Shown here: one piece after another, positions 20,024-30,334 of the stretch
Layout: each line of letters begins with the position of its first letter
Position numbering within the stretch: the first letter of the stretch is position 1
DNA from: an uncultured Methanosarcinaceae archaeon
Lineage (GTDB): Archaea; Halobacteriota; Methanosarcinia; Methanosarcinales; Methanosarcinaceae
DNA length: 64,000 nucleotides
Assembly: GCA_963721455.1 (NCBI GenBank)
Contig: CAVRJG010000039.1
Coordinates: 218,738-282,737 of the forward strand
Direction of reading: 5' to 3'
Position numbers and translations under genes: made by a program
The notes under the pieces: model-generated
What the model saw: only the letters and a program-made list of their open reading frames with translations
Database searches by the model: none
Told to the model about the DNA's origin: nothing

Positions 20024-21790
20024 ATGTTTTCTCAAATTAGAGATCATTCGATTAGCCCAAAAGGCCCACAGAATGAAATGAGTACATTCATCGAGCTTAC
20101 CACTCATACTAGAAACTACTCGGTTAGCCCAGAAGGAGAAGAATTTTCATTGCCTGAGCCTGAAGAATATGAAGAAGAGTTTAAAAGAATTGAAACTTTA
20201 GTAGGTAAAGCTCGCAAAGAGGGAAAAGAAATTGTTGTCGTCATGGGAGTTGGATTCGTCGGAGCTGTAATGGCTGCGATTATTGCAGATACAAAAGATA
20301 AAAATGGGAATTACAGCAAATTTGTAATTGGCTGCCAGAGACCAAGCACTCGAAGTTACTGGAAAATTCCCCTGCTCAACAGAGGACAATCTCCGGTAAA
20401 ATCGGAAGATAAGGAAGTAGATGAGATAATAAAACGATGCGTCCTTAGAACAAAAACGCTGGCAGCTACCTATACAAATGAGTGCCTGAAATTAGCTGAC
20501 GTTGTTGTTGTGGATATTCAGTGTGATTACATAAAGTGTGAACTCGGAAACGTCAGGGCAGGTGAAGCAGACATGGCTGCACTTGAAGCTTCCATGAAAA
20601 CAATCGGAGAAAATATCTGTCCTGATTGTCTTGTCTTGATTGAGACAACAGTTGCTCCTGGAACAACCGAATTCGTCGCACTTCCGCTCCTGAAAAAAGC
20701 ATTCGAGAAACGTGGGATTAAATCAACTCCTCTTCTTGCACATAGTTTTGAACGTGTAATGCCTGGAAGAGACTATGTAGCAAGCGTACGTGATTTCTGG
20801 AGAGTCTGTGCTGGTTGTACTGACGAGGCAAGAGTAAAAGTTGAAGAGTTCCTTAAAGAAGTGATAAACACTAAAGACTATCCCTTGACAGTAATGAATA
20901 GGCCGATAGAATCTGAAACCGCAAAAATTATTGAGAACTCATACCGTGCAACAATACTTGCGTTCCTTAATGAATGGAGCCTATTTTCCGAAAGAAACGG
21001 TGTGGATCTTATAAAAGTTATTGATGCTATTAAAATGCGCCCAACTCACAGTAACATTATCTTCCCTGGACCGGGAATCGGAGGTTACTGTCTTCCAAAA
21101 GACGGAGGTCTGGGTTACTGGGCTTATAAGCATATTCTGGGCTTTGAAGACGGAGATGAAGTATTCAAGATTACTCCAACAGCAATCGATGTTAATGACA
21201 CAAGAGCTCTCCACGTAGCCGAACTCACAAGGGATGCTCTTAGAAACATGGGCAGATATATCGCCGGCGCAGATGTACTTATCTGCGGGTCAAGTTACAG
21301 GCAGGACGTAGGAGATACCAGATACAGTGGAAGCGAAATTGTTGTAAGGAAACTTACGGAAATGGGAGCCGAAATGAGAGTACATGACCCCTACGTAGAC
21401 CACTGGTATGAAATGGAAAGCCAGGACGAATACCCTGTATCCGGCCAGTCCTGGAAGCGTTTTTTTAGAAACCAGGATGGATTGACGGAATTAAAAATTG
21501 AAAAAGATTTTGCAACCGTTATTAAAGATATAGAAGCCGTTATTTTTGCGGTCCCACATAATGAATATCTTAACATGGAACCCGAAACAATTGTAGAAAT
21601 GGCTGGCGGCCCTATAGCTGTAATTGATTGTTTTGGAATGCTATCTGACGACAGGATCAGAAGATACTTTGAACTTGGCTGCGAAGTCAAAGCTCTTGGT
21701 AGAGGCCACATTCAGAGGATTAAAAAAGAAGTGCAGGCAAAAAAGTTCCAGAAAGTGTCTGCAAAATTAACTTTTGAAGGGGCTATTTGA
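20024..21790 (+). CDS. UDP-glucose/GDP-mannose dehydrogenase family nucleotide-sugar dehydrogenase
   Basis: GVGFVG, IETTVAPGTT, AKIIENSYR, GIGGYCLPKD and DVGDTRYS motifs; the start may be the second Met (20078). Confidence 0.9.
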   Translation: MFSQIRDHSISPKGPQNEMSTFIELTTHTRNYSVSPEGEEFSLPEPEEYEEEFKRIETLVGKARKEGKEIVVVMGVGFVGAVMAAIIADTKDKNGNYSKFVIGCQRPSTRSYWKIPLLNRGQSPVKSEDKEVDEIIKRCVLRTKTLAATYTNECLKLADVVVVDIQCDYIKCELGNVRAGEADMAALEASMKTIGENICPDCLVLIETTVAPGTTEFVALPLLKKAFEKRGIKSTPLLAHSFERVMPGRDYVASVRDFWRVCAGCTDEARVKVEEFLKEVINTKDYPLTVMNRPIESETAKIIENSYRATILAFLNEWSLFSERNGVDLIKVIDAIKMRPTHSNIIFPGPGIGGYCLPKDGGLGYWAYKHILGFEDGDEVFKITPTAIDVNDTRALHVAELTRDALRNMGRYIAGADVLICGSSYRQDVGDTRYSGSEIVVRKLTEMGAEMRVHDPYVDHWYEMESQDEYPVSGQSWKRFFRNQDGLTELKIEKDFATVIKDIEAVIFAVPHNEYLNMEPETIVEMAGGPIAVIDCFGMLSDDRIRRYFELGCEVKALGRGHIQRIKKEVQAKKFQKVSAKLTFEGAI

Positions 21791-21803
21791 AGAGGGATTT
21801 CTT

Positions 21804-22742
21804 TTGAAGAATAAACAAGTTATAGTTACTGGTGGGATGGGATTCATAGGCTCTCACCTTACTGAGAGATTACTTGAAAATAATGAAGTAACAGTAATTG
21901 ATAATGAATCTACAGGTAAGATCGAAAATATCAAACATTTACTTAATCACGAGAACCTGACAGTAATAAAAGGCAGCATAGTAGACCTGAACCTGACAGA
22001 AATCTTCAAAGAAAAAGACTATATCTTCCACCTCGCAGCAATTCCCAGTGTTCCGAGAAGCGTGAAAGATCCTTTCAGTTCAAATAATTCCAATGTAACA
22101 GGGACATTAAATGTTCTAATAGCTGCGAAGGATGCAGGGATTAAGAAAGTTATATTTTCTTCCTCTTCATCAGTCTATGGCGACACTCCAACTCTTCCAA
22201 AAAGAGAAGACATGCCCATAAACCCGATGTCCCCATATGCTATTACGAAAGCAACCGGAGAGATGTACTGCAGAGTCTTTCAAGATCTCTATGGACTTCC
22301 AACAGTCAGCTTAAGGTATTTTAACGTTTTTGGTCCTCGCCAGGACCCGAACTCGCAGTATGCGGCTGTAATTCCTAAATTCATAACTGCTATATTGAAT
22401 GATCGAAGTCCTACTATATATGGAGATGGGGAACAGAGTAGAGATTTTACTTTTGTAAAACATGTTGTTGATGCCAATGTTCTTTCATGTGAGTCCCAGA
22501 CAAGTGGAATTTTCAATATTGCGTGCGGGAGAATGATAACCATTAATGAGTTGGTCGGTTACATCAATGAAATACTCGGCAAGAATATAAAGCCTAAATA
22601 TATTGATCCAAGGTTAGGAGATATCAAACATTCTCTGGCGGATATATCGAAAGCTCGGAATTTTGAATATATTCCTAAAGACAATTTCAATGAACAACTC
22701 GCAGAAGTAGTAAAATGGTTTGACATTGGAATAAATGAATGA
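21804..22742 (+). CDS. NAD-dependent epimerase (UDP-HexNAc/HexNAcA 4-epimerase, WbpP-like)
   Basis: TGGMGFIGSH, SSSSVYG, YAITK and RYFNVFGPRQDP motifs. Confidence 0.9.
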   Translation: MKNKQVIVTGGMGFIGSHLTERLLENNEVTVIDNESTGKIENIKHLLNHENLTVIKGSIVDLNLTEIFKEKDYIFHLAAIPSVPRSVKDPFSSNNSNVTGTLNVLIAAKDAGIKKVIFSSSSSVYGDTPTLPKREDMPINPMSPYAITKATGEMYCRVFQDLYGLPTVSLRYFNVFGPRQDPNSQYAAVIPKFITAILNDRSPTIYGDGEQSRDFTFVKHVVDANVLSCESQTSGIFNIACGRMITINELVGYINEILGKNIKPKYIDPRLGDIKHSLADISKARNFEYIPKDNFNEQLAEVVKWFDIGINE

Positions 22743-22829
22743 TAGTAGTTGAATTGCTGGATAAATAAGGAACTCTGGAAAAGCTATTTGCTAAAAATAT
22801 AAAATTTATAGAAAGGTAGTTTTGAGATT

Positions 22830-24311
22830 ATGCTATTAAAAAATTTTTTTATTCGTATAATGTCTATAAGCGAAGTTAAACGGCAGAGCATTGCCTCTTT
22901 TTCTAGCACAATGGCATGCACACTTTTTGGTTTCATAAGTACAATATATTTTGCACATACTATTGGACCTAGTATATTAGGTACGTATTTTCTATTTATT
23001 GCATATTTTGGTATAACTGACATGATAAGCGATGGTGGTTTTGGCCGTGCTGCTATAAAACGTATCAGTGAAGGAGAAGAGCAGGACGAATACTATTCTG
23101 CTTTCTTCGTTCTTCGAATAATATTAACAATTTTAATAGTTGTTTCATTAATCGTAATCAAAACCTTTATCTCAGATTCCATAAATCGACAGCTTTTTTA
23201 TTGGCTTATGTTAGCACAGTTTGCTGCATTGTCCTACTGCCTAGTATCCAAAGGGATTGCAGGGCGTGGTAAAATGGGAGTATACGCTGTAGGAGAATTT
23301 ACAAATGATGTGTCACGCATAGTTATTCAGATTGTCGCAATATATTTGGGATACTTAATGGCTGGTCTTGTAGCAGGATTTATAGCAGGTTATGCAGTCT
23401 CAGCTATAATTCAGCTTAAATTCTTCGACTTACACTTTGCCAAGTTTAAATGGAGACATGTGAAGAGCCTGACTGTATTCTCTTTCTGGTTATTCTTAAC
23501 TTCGACAGGAGTTGTTCTTTATTCATATGCAGATGTTATAATGATTGGATATTTTATTGACGATTCAAGTGTTGGTATATATAAAGTGGCTTTTCAGCTA
23601 GCAACCTTTGCAGCACTTATAACTACAGTAATAAATAAAACACTTTGGCCAAAAGTTAGTAGCTGGGGCAAAAAAGGACAGATGGATTCTACGGAAGAAT
23701 CACTTGCACGTGCTTTCACCTTTTCTCTTCTTCTAGCACTACCCATACTTGTAGGTGGAATATTACTAGGCGAAAGAATCTTATATTTTTTCTATGGTAA
23801 AGAATTTACGTCCGGATACTTAACTCTTGTAATACTATTATGTGCCCAGGTAGTGAATATATTTCAACAACTCTTTACTATGTACCTTGGTGCACTGGAT
23901 AAACAAAAAGATTCATTCAAGGTGACAGCAATTGGCTCAATTACTAACGTCATTCTCAATGTTTTTATGATACCACTTATTGGAATTGAAGGAGCAGCCA
24001 TTGCTACTCTTGTTACTTTAGGAATTAATGCCTTTCTCGCAATGAAAATACTTTCCACAGTTATAACTATCAATATTGAAAAAACGAGTTTAATCAACAT
24101 TTTAAAGGCAACCACTATTATATCAATTGTTGTTTCAATTTACAAATATTACATCAATTTGGATAATATATGGCTAACAATATTGCCCATTACATTTGGA
24201 GCTTTAATATATATATACCTCATATTAAAACTCGATTCAAAAATATATGATGAGTTTAAAGATATCGTTACAAAAATGAATTTACAATGGCCTCGTTTTT
24301 TAGAACCTTAG
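22830..24311 (+). CDS. Wzx-type flippase
   Basis: LGTYFL and ADVIMIGYF..VGIYKVA motifs, many TM helices; AT-rich. Confidence 0.88.
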   Translation: MLLKNFFIRIMSISEVKRQSIASFSSTMACTLFGFISTIYFAHTIGPSILGTYFLFIAYFGITDMISDGGFGRAAIKRISEGEEQDEYYSAFFVLRIILTILIVVSLIVIKTFISDSINRQLFYWLMLAQFAALSYCLVSKGIAGRGKMGVYAVGEFTNDVSRIVIQIVAIYLGYLMAGLVAGFIAGYAVSAIIQLKFFDLHFAKFKWRHVKSLTVFSFWLFLTSTGVVLYSYADVIMIGYFIDDSSVGIYKVAFQLATFAALITTVINKTLWPKVSSWGKKGQMDSTEESLARAFTFSLLLALPILVGGILLGERILYFFYGKEFTSGYLTLVILLCAQVVNIFQQLFTMYLGALDKQKDSFKVTAIGSITNVILNVFMIPLIGIEGAAIATLVTLGINAFLAMKILSTVITINIEKTSLINILKATTIISIVVSIYKYYINLDNIWLTILPITFGALIYIYLILKLDSKIYDEFKDIVTKMNLQWPRFLEP

Positions 24312-24438
24312 TTTGATATAACCGACTTTCCGTAGATTTACACAAAGATGACACCTATTTTCTCAATAAGGGCAGTAGTTTAAATGTTCATCTTATCTTT
24401 AAGGAATAAATTGGGAAAATCAGTAAATAAATTCTACA

Positions 24439-25681
24439 GTTCATGTCCACATACCTCCTGCAGTAACACTCAATGAAACTCCCGAGGAATTCCATATTTC
24501 CACTGGACTTCGATAGTTGAATGATGAATGCTCACGTAAATTGTATCCATTTTTCGCAATCACAAGAAAGTTCTGAAAATCATTAAACGTTGCATGGTAT
24601 TGTAAATTTATGAATTCATATTGCAAAGTCTCTATTGCTCGTTCAATGAAAGCGTTTAACCACGGATGTGCCTTTGGAAGAATATAGTATATAATATTAT
24701 TTTTATTACAATATTCACGCACAGTCGCATTATTAAACTCCAAACCTCCATCAGATCGAATCTCGATTACAACATCTTTTGGTACCATTTTACGTAATTG
24801 GTGAAGAGATTCTACCACATTCGCACCAGATTTTGTCTGATGGGCATCAAGAATTACAATACCACTGCTAAAAATACCAAGCACACCAAAAGCATACGCA
24901 GTCTCACCACTTCCAATTCTCCGTTGAGTATAGTCCATATTGAATGAGCTCAATGGTTCTTGAGGGCGTTGAAGATGTTTGGAATCTACAGCCGTCTTCT
25001 GTTTTCCAGTAAGCCCAGCAATAGCAAGAATATGATGAACCCATGATTTGCCAACACGAACTGAGCTTTTTTGTTTTCCTTTTTTCTATTGAATAAAGCT
25101 GTAATTCTTCGAACTCCCTTCATGGCTTTATCCATTAATCCCGTCAATAGCTGTACTTTCTCTGGCTTTAAGACATGGTCTGTTTTTTCCATTGCATCAG
25201 AAAACGCAAGTTTAGATGATTCGATTCTGTTTGTATCATCCAAACGGAGATTTATTATTTCAGCTTTATCTTCATCCGTTAGCTTTCGATACGGATTTTT
25301 GGGATTCGAAGGCCTGTCTTTTAAGTCTTCTGCTATACTTCCGTCTTTTGCTCGTTCACAAAGATCATAGAAAGTACGTTCGCTCATTTCATACATTTCC
25401 CACAGTTCTCTATCGGTATATTTTCTAGACTCTCGCAGTTCAAGGATTTTGGCTCGAATTTCTGCCACTCTTTCAGATGGAAAATATTTTCGGATATCTC
25501 CCCATTTATACACATTTATTTCAGACATTTAGTCACGCCTATAATTGCTGCAACAAATAACATTTTGTAGCTCATCTAAAGTTGCAGTATTTAGCCTCTT
25601 GACTATGGATGTTGATTTGTGTTTACAAATATGTCAGAAGATTTAAATCAAATTTACTGCGGAAGGTCTCTGGACATGAAC
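24439..25681 (-). mobile_element. IS481/IS3-like insertion sequence (~1.24 kb)
   Basis: Inverted repeats gttcatgtccacatacctcctgcagtaa (24439-) and ttactgcggaaggtctctggacatgaac (-25681) enclose a split DDE transposase. Confidence 0.85.
24441..25528 (-). CDS. integrase-core (rve) DDE transposase in two frames, joined by a putative -1 frameshift
   Basis: OrfA (HTH-like) 25528-24986; the -1 frame is open from 25082 and contains FNMD, RSDGGLEF and IERAIETL (D-D-E); slippery A-AAA-AAG at 25085-25079. Confidence 0.8.
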
Positions 25682-25858
25682 CCTAGGTTTATTGAGGATA
25701 TATGGAATCGATGCACTAGGGTTTATACACTGATTTAGAAGGACTCTAAATACTAATAAACTTGGGTTATGACATTTTCGTTCCATTATCGTAGGTCTTT
25801 GGGCTACGGCTGTTTAAATGATGAGTAGATACCATAATTAGATCATGGCTAGAATAAA

Positions 25859-27643
25859 TTAACTGCCTACTTTCCACACTATGAACTCCCCATTAGTATA
25901 ATATTTAGAGACACTTCTGTCTTGATTTAATCGTTCAAAATCCGAATTTAAATATGTAGGATATCGCTCTTTCTCAGATTTAAAGACAGAAGACTGAAGA
26001 TATTTCATACTCTCGTCTGTTATTAGGTAAATCATGCTATGATCAAAATTGCTAACAAAAAGCAGATGTTCGGTATAGCCGAAGTGAGAAGGGATTTCGT
26101 CTTTCATTAAATAGGATCTTTGAAGAGGCTGAGAATTAAACTGAGAATAATACAACTCATATTTAGATAAAGATTTAATGTTTGTTAACAAAGGAATAGA
26201 GTTATTATTGTTCTCGAGGTACCAACTTAAGCCATTTGAATACATTTTAGTCATATGGGATCCTGTAGTTCCTTTCCAAGGGCTGTCATAAATACTTGCT
26301 AATCCTAGAGCGCTCGAAAGAAAAACTACACCAATTGTGAAGATGGCAATAATTTTTTTACTTTTCACCGAAGATTCTTTCTCCATGAGATAATTAAAAG
26401 ATATTCCAGATAAAATAGTAGCAAAAACAGTTGGAACTGACAATACTCTTACAGGTTCATTTATTACTGAAAACAAAAAAAATTGTAAAACTGCGAAAAA
26501 TAATGTTGTTACGAAGACTAAACTATAAAGAGAAAACGTTTTGCATCTGTTTTTAGAATAAGTTTTTTTAAATAAGAGAAGAAGAAAAAAGGATGCTAAA
26601 AACAAATATAGAAATAAAGATCCGTACATTTTCATGAATATTGTACATATTTCAAATAAACCCGAGTTACTAATTGCTAGATTTTCAGTTTGCTGTCCTA
26701 TGATAACGTTTTCCGGAGTAAATATACTATAAACTAACCTATGAGTGGTATCCAGAAATTGAGAAAAGTTCATATACCAAACAAGTAAGGCAACAATAAG
26801 AATTAAAATTAAATTTTTAAAATTAACTTTTGATTTAATAGCAACACTCCGTTTAAAAATAAAAGAGAAATAGATATGGAAAGTGCATAAAATAATTAAA
26901 ATCGTTAATAATATTAATGGATGAAAAAAAACTATTGAAACGGAAACTAAAATTAATAAAATATTAAATTCCACTGAATTTTTATTTACTGTTTTTTTAT
27001 GTAATAAATACATAAATAGGGGAATCATAAAAAGTGCAAATCCATATGGCATAAATGCTTGATGAATAAAGGAAAAGATGAGAGGAAATGCGAAAAATAC
27101 GAACATTAATGACCCACTAAATGTTCCTGTTATTTCTTTGCCTAAGATGATAAAAGATAGAAGATATATTAGATAAAAGTAGTAGCTTAGGAAATTAATA
27201 GACATTATCCCTAAATCTAAACCAAACAAATGAACAATTGCAGTAAGTATGTGAGTTGCTGGATATATCACATATGTTTCCAAATGGCCTGACGTTAGAA
27301 TGTATTGAATCCATGCAAGATGTGCAAAAAAATCATATCCAGTATTTGCAAAAAAGAAATAACCTCTTATAGCAGGGAGAAAGAAAACAATGGCATGACT
27401 ACAAAAAATTGCCATTAGACCATATATCCAAACATTGGAGTGATCATTGTATGAAAACCCAATACATATTATGCCCAACCAAGCACTTAAAATCACAAAA
27501 ATCCAAAATAAAATTGAGTAAGTTGTATAAATAGAAACTTCATAACCATTAATATCTCCTTTTATGATTAATGTGTAAAGATTAAAAAGAATTAACATAA
27601 AAGATAAAAGAGCAATAAGTTTTATTTTTGTCTTCCGTTTCAT
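25859..27643 (-). CDS. polytopic membrane protein, putative GT-C glycosyltransferase or polymerase
   Basis: Many TMs; GYDFFAH..YP..H loop motif and FFHP; last gene of a glycosyltransferase operon. Confidence 0.65.
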   Translation of the reverse strand: MKRKTKIKLIALLSFMLILFNLYTLIIKGDINGYEVSIYTTYSILFWIFVILSAWLGIICIGFSYNDHSNVWIYGLMAIFCSHAIVFFLPAIRGYFFFANTGYDFFAHLAWIQYILTSGHLETYVIYPATHILTAIVHLFGLDLGIMSINFLSYYFYLIYLLSFIILGKEITGTFSGSLMFVFFAFPLIFSFIHQAFMPYGFALFMIPLFMYLLHKKTVNKNSVEFNILLILVSVSIVFFHPLILLTILIILCTFHIYFSFIFKRSVAIKSKVNFKNLILILIVALLVWYMNFSQFLDTTHRLVYSIFTPENVIIGQQTENLAISNSGLFEICTIFMKMYGSLFLYLFLASFFLLLLFKKTYSKNRCKTFSLYSLVFVTTLFFAVLQFFLFSVINEPVRVLSVPTVFATILSGISFNYLMEKESSVKSKKIIAIFTIGVVFLSSALGLASIYDSPWKGTTGSHMTKMYSNGLSWYLENNNNSIPLLTNIKSLSKYELYYSQFNSQPLQRSYLMKDEIPSHFGYTEHLLFVSNFDHSMIYLITDESMKYLQSSVFKSEKERYPTYLNSDFERLNQDRSVSKYYTNGEFIVWKVGS

Positions 27644-27659
27644 GCACTGTCGCCCCTTA

Positions 27660-28874
27660 TTATCTACTTCCCAAAAGATTAATGGCAGCTTTAAATTTCA
27701 CCAAGCTTTCTTCATAACTAAATTCAGTTTCAATAAATTTCCTTGAACGATTTGCCATTAATTCCAAATCAAGATGATCTAGTGCTCTTAACACATTTTC
27801 TGCGATGCAAGCTGGAGAATTATTATCCATAATAAAGCCAGTTTTTTCATCTATTACAAGAGCTGGAATTGCACCCACAGGGGTTCCAAGAATGATTGTT
27901 CCACATGCCATTCCTTCCATAATCATATTAGGAAGTCCTTCTTTTATAGAAGGAAGAACAAGTAATTTTAAGTTATTTAGACATCTAGGAAGACGCTCAT
28001 GGGATATCCATCCTTCTAATTTAATGTTAGGATGGTTCATATATTTAATTCGATTTTCTACTTCTTCTTTCTGTACACCATTGCCAGCAATAAATATTTT
28101 CAAGTTAGGTTTAGTTTCTAGAATAAAAGGAATACTTTCAACAAAATTCATAACTCCCTTTACTTCACTAAAACTGCCAATATATCCCACATCATATTGT
28201 CTTGAAGTTAAAGGAGTTTCGAACTTAAATTTATGATCTACAAAAAGATTTGCGACATGAGTTTTATTGTATTTTTCAAAATCGTTTTCTCTAATTGCAT
28301 ATTCACACTCAGTAAGTATAACATCAGCTAGATTGTAGTTAACTTCCTCAATTATTTTGAAAGCTTTGGTCTTAATAATTGATTTTGATTTTAAATTTTT
28401 TTCAATAATAAAAGTGGGTCTACCAGAACTACGAATAATAACTTTTTTCCCCAATGCTTTTGAGATAATTATTGGAAGTACCTGTAAATCTTGCCCCATT
28501 GTAAATAGTACAATGTCAAACTTGTGCTTAATATAATATGATATTATGTGAAGACTATCCATTATTTGTGCATAGATAAAAGTAGCAGCTTGATTACTAA
28601 ATAATTTTAAAAACGAGATATTATTTGGATCTAACAAGTTTTTTTTATTGAGTATATGGATATATTTCTTATCACAAAAAGTAATATAATAGACATTGTC
28701 AAAAATAGCAGTCAGAAGTTGTAATAATTTATTTTGATTAGTAGCTACTGACTCGCTGTTAAGAGTGCCACCTGCAATAACTAGAAGGCTTTTTCGCTCT
28801 TTATTTAAATTTTTGTTAGTTTGAATCATATAGTCACCTATAACTGTACTAAATGTATTCTTATCTTGGATCAT
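27660..28874 (-). CDS. GT4 glycosyltransferase
   Basis: KG, PSIKEGLPNMIMEGMACG motif. Confidence 0.9.
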   Translation of the reverse strand: MIQDKNTFSTVIGDYMIQTNKNLNKERKSLLVIAGGTLNSESVATNQNKLLQLLTAIFDNVYYITFCDKKYIHILNKKNLLDPNNISFLKLFSNQAATFIYAQIMDSLHIISYYIKHKFDIVLFTMGQDLQVLPIIISKALGKKVIIRSSGRPTFIIEKNLKSKSIIKTKAFKIIEEVNYNLADVILTECEYAIRENDFEKYNKTHVANLFVDHKFKFETPLTSRQYDVGYIGSFSEVKGVMNFVESIPFILETKPNLKIFIAGNGVQKEEVENRIKYMNHPNIKLEGWISHERLPRCLNNLKLLVLPSIKEGLPNMIMEGMACGTIILGTPVGAIPALVIDEKTGFIMDNNSPACIAENVLRALDHLDLELMANRSRKFIETEFSYEESLVKFKAAINLLGSR

Positions 28875-29152
28875 TTCTATAAATTATTCCAGCAGCTTAC
28901 TAATATTTTATAGAAACTCATTGTTAAGGAGAATCTGGATCTTCAAAGATTGACATTTCAATAAGATTCCAAAATTGTCAATAGAGTTTGATCTTATTAA
29001 TAAATTTTATGACCATTATGAAGAGCAAATATTATCGATTTTGAACGCAATTTTCCACACTAAGTGTCTAAAATTATATGTATTGAGCTCACATAGAAAG
29101 TACTGTAAATGCTCGGTTTATTTATGGGCCACTCTCATAACTCACTTTGTCC

Positions 29153-30334
29153 TTAATCATTTAGACTTGATACGCTTATAGAATAAATTTTCTCAATTTT
29201 CTTTACAGTAGATTCAAGGGATAAGTTTTCATAAACGAATTTTTTACCATTATCAACAAATTCATTACCTCTTTGTGGATTTTTAAGAATATTTCTCATT
29301 TTTTCTTTTAAAGAATTCACATCGCCATACTTGATGATATATCCGCTTCTAGACTCTTTGATTAATTCCCCACACCCACAGTTATCAGTCACAATCACTG
29401 GCGTACCACACATAATGGCTTCAAATGGAACAAGTCCAAATATCTCAAAAGAGGAGGGATAAACTAAAACATCTGCATCAAGATATGCAGCAAATTTATC
29501 TATTCCAGATATGTATCCTATGAACTTTACATTGTTTAAATTCAGTTGAGAAATTAGCAATTCCGCTTTATCTTTGAAACCGTCATCAGGACCAGCTAAA
29601 ACTAATATAAGATCATCGACTTCAGAAGCTAATTCTGCATAAGATTTGATTAAAAAATCGATACCTTTTATTTTATTTAGACGTCCTAAAAACAAAACAA
29701 CGTGTTTTTCAGAAATATTATATTTCTGTTTAAATGTACCTTTTTTAGGTAAAAATTTAAAAGATTCGATATCTATCCCATTTGGAATATTAACTATTTT
29801 CTCATCTGGCACCCCTATTTGCTTATATTGATTAACTTCAATATTGGAAACTGCAATTAACTTAGATGCGCCTTTTAAAATTTTGTTGCCCCATAACGTG
29901 TCAAATATCCTTTTTTGATTCTGATTTCCAATTGTAGTTGGAATCGATCCATGCGCCTGTAATATATAGGGGACATTATATTTTTTTGCGTAATAATGAG
30001 TGATTATTGCAAGCAGTGTCCGATGTTCATGAATATGAATTATATCAAAATCCTTAATTTTTTTTATAGCTATAAAAGGTAAATAATAAGGAATGGTAAT
30101 ATTATTTTTTGATAAATAATTGGACAAATTTCTAAAGTAATAAGTATTTATTCCATCAACATCTACAGGCTTATTTTTATTAATTTTCAACCTAGATTTA
30201 AATCCATCTGTAGTATAAACTGTTACTTCATGACCTTCGCTTACTAGATTTTTTGAAACTTCATATGCGACTCTTGCCACTCCCCCTGCTTCCCAAGAGG
30301 GTTTAAAAAAATTAGTTACCTGTAAAATTTTCAA
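29153..30334 (-). CDS. GT4 glycosyltransferase
   Basis: GGVA, IPNGID, GRLNKIKG and PSSFEIFGLVPFEAIMCG motifs. Confidence 0.92.
   Translation of the reverse strand: MKILQVTNFFKPSWEAGGVARVAYEVSKNLVSEGHEVTVYTTDGFKSRLKINKNKPVDVDGINTYYFRNLSNYLSKNNITIPYYLPFIAIKKIKDFDIIHIHEHRTLLAIITHYYAKKYNVPYILQAHGSIPTTIGNQNQKRIFDTLWGNKILKGASKLIAVSNIEVNQYKQIGVPDEKIVNIPNGIDIESFKFLPKKGTFKQKYNISEKHVVLFLGRLNKIKGIDFLIKSYAELASEVDDLILVLAGPDDGFKDKAELLISQLNLNNVKFIGYISGIDKFAAYLDADVLVYPSSFEIFGLVPFEAIMCGTPVIVTDNCGCGELIKESRSGYIIKYGDVNSLKEKMRNILKNPQRGNEFVDNGKKFVYENLSLESTVKKIEKIYSISVSSLND

Noticed and set aside
24986-24988. Pyrrolysine read-through of the OrfA TAG to join the transposase halves
   Set aside because: The catalytic half is in a different (-1) frame, so amber read-through cannot fuse them.
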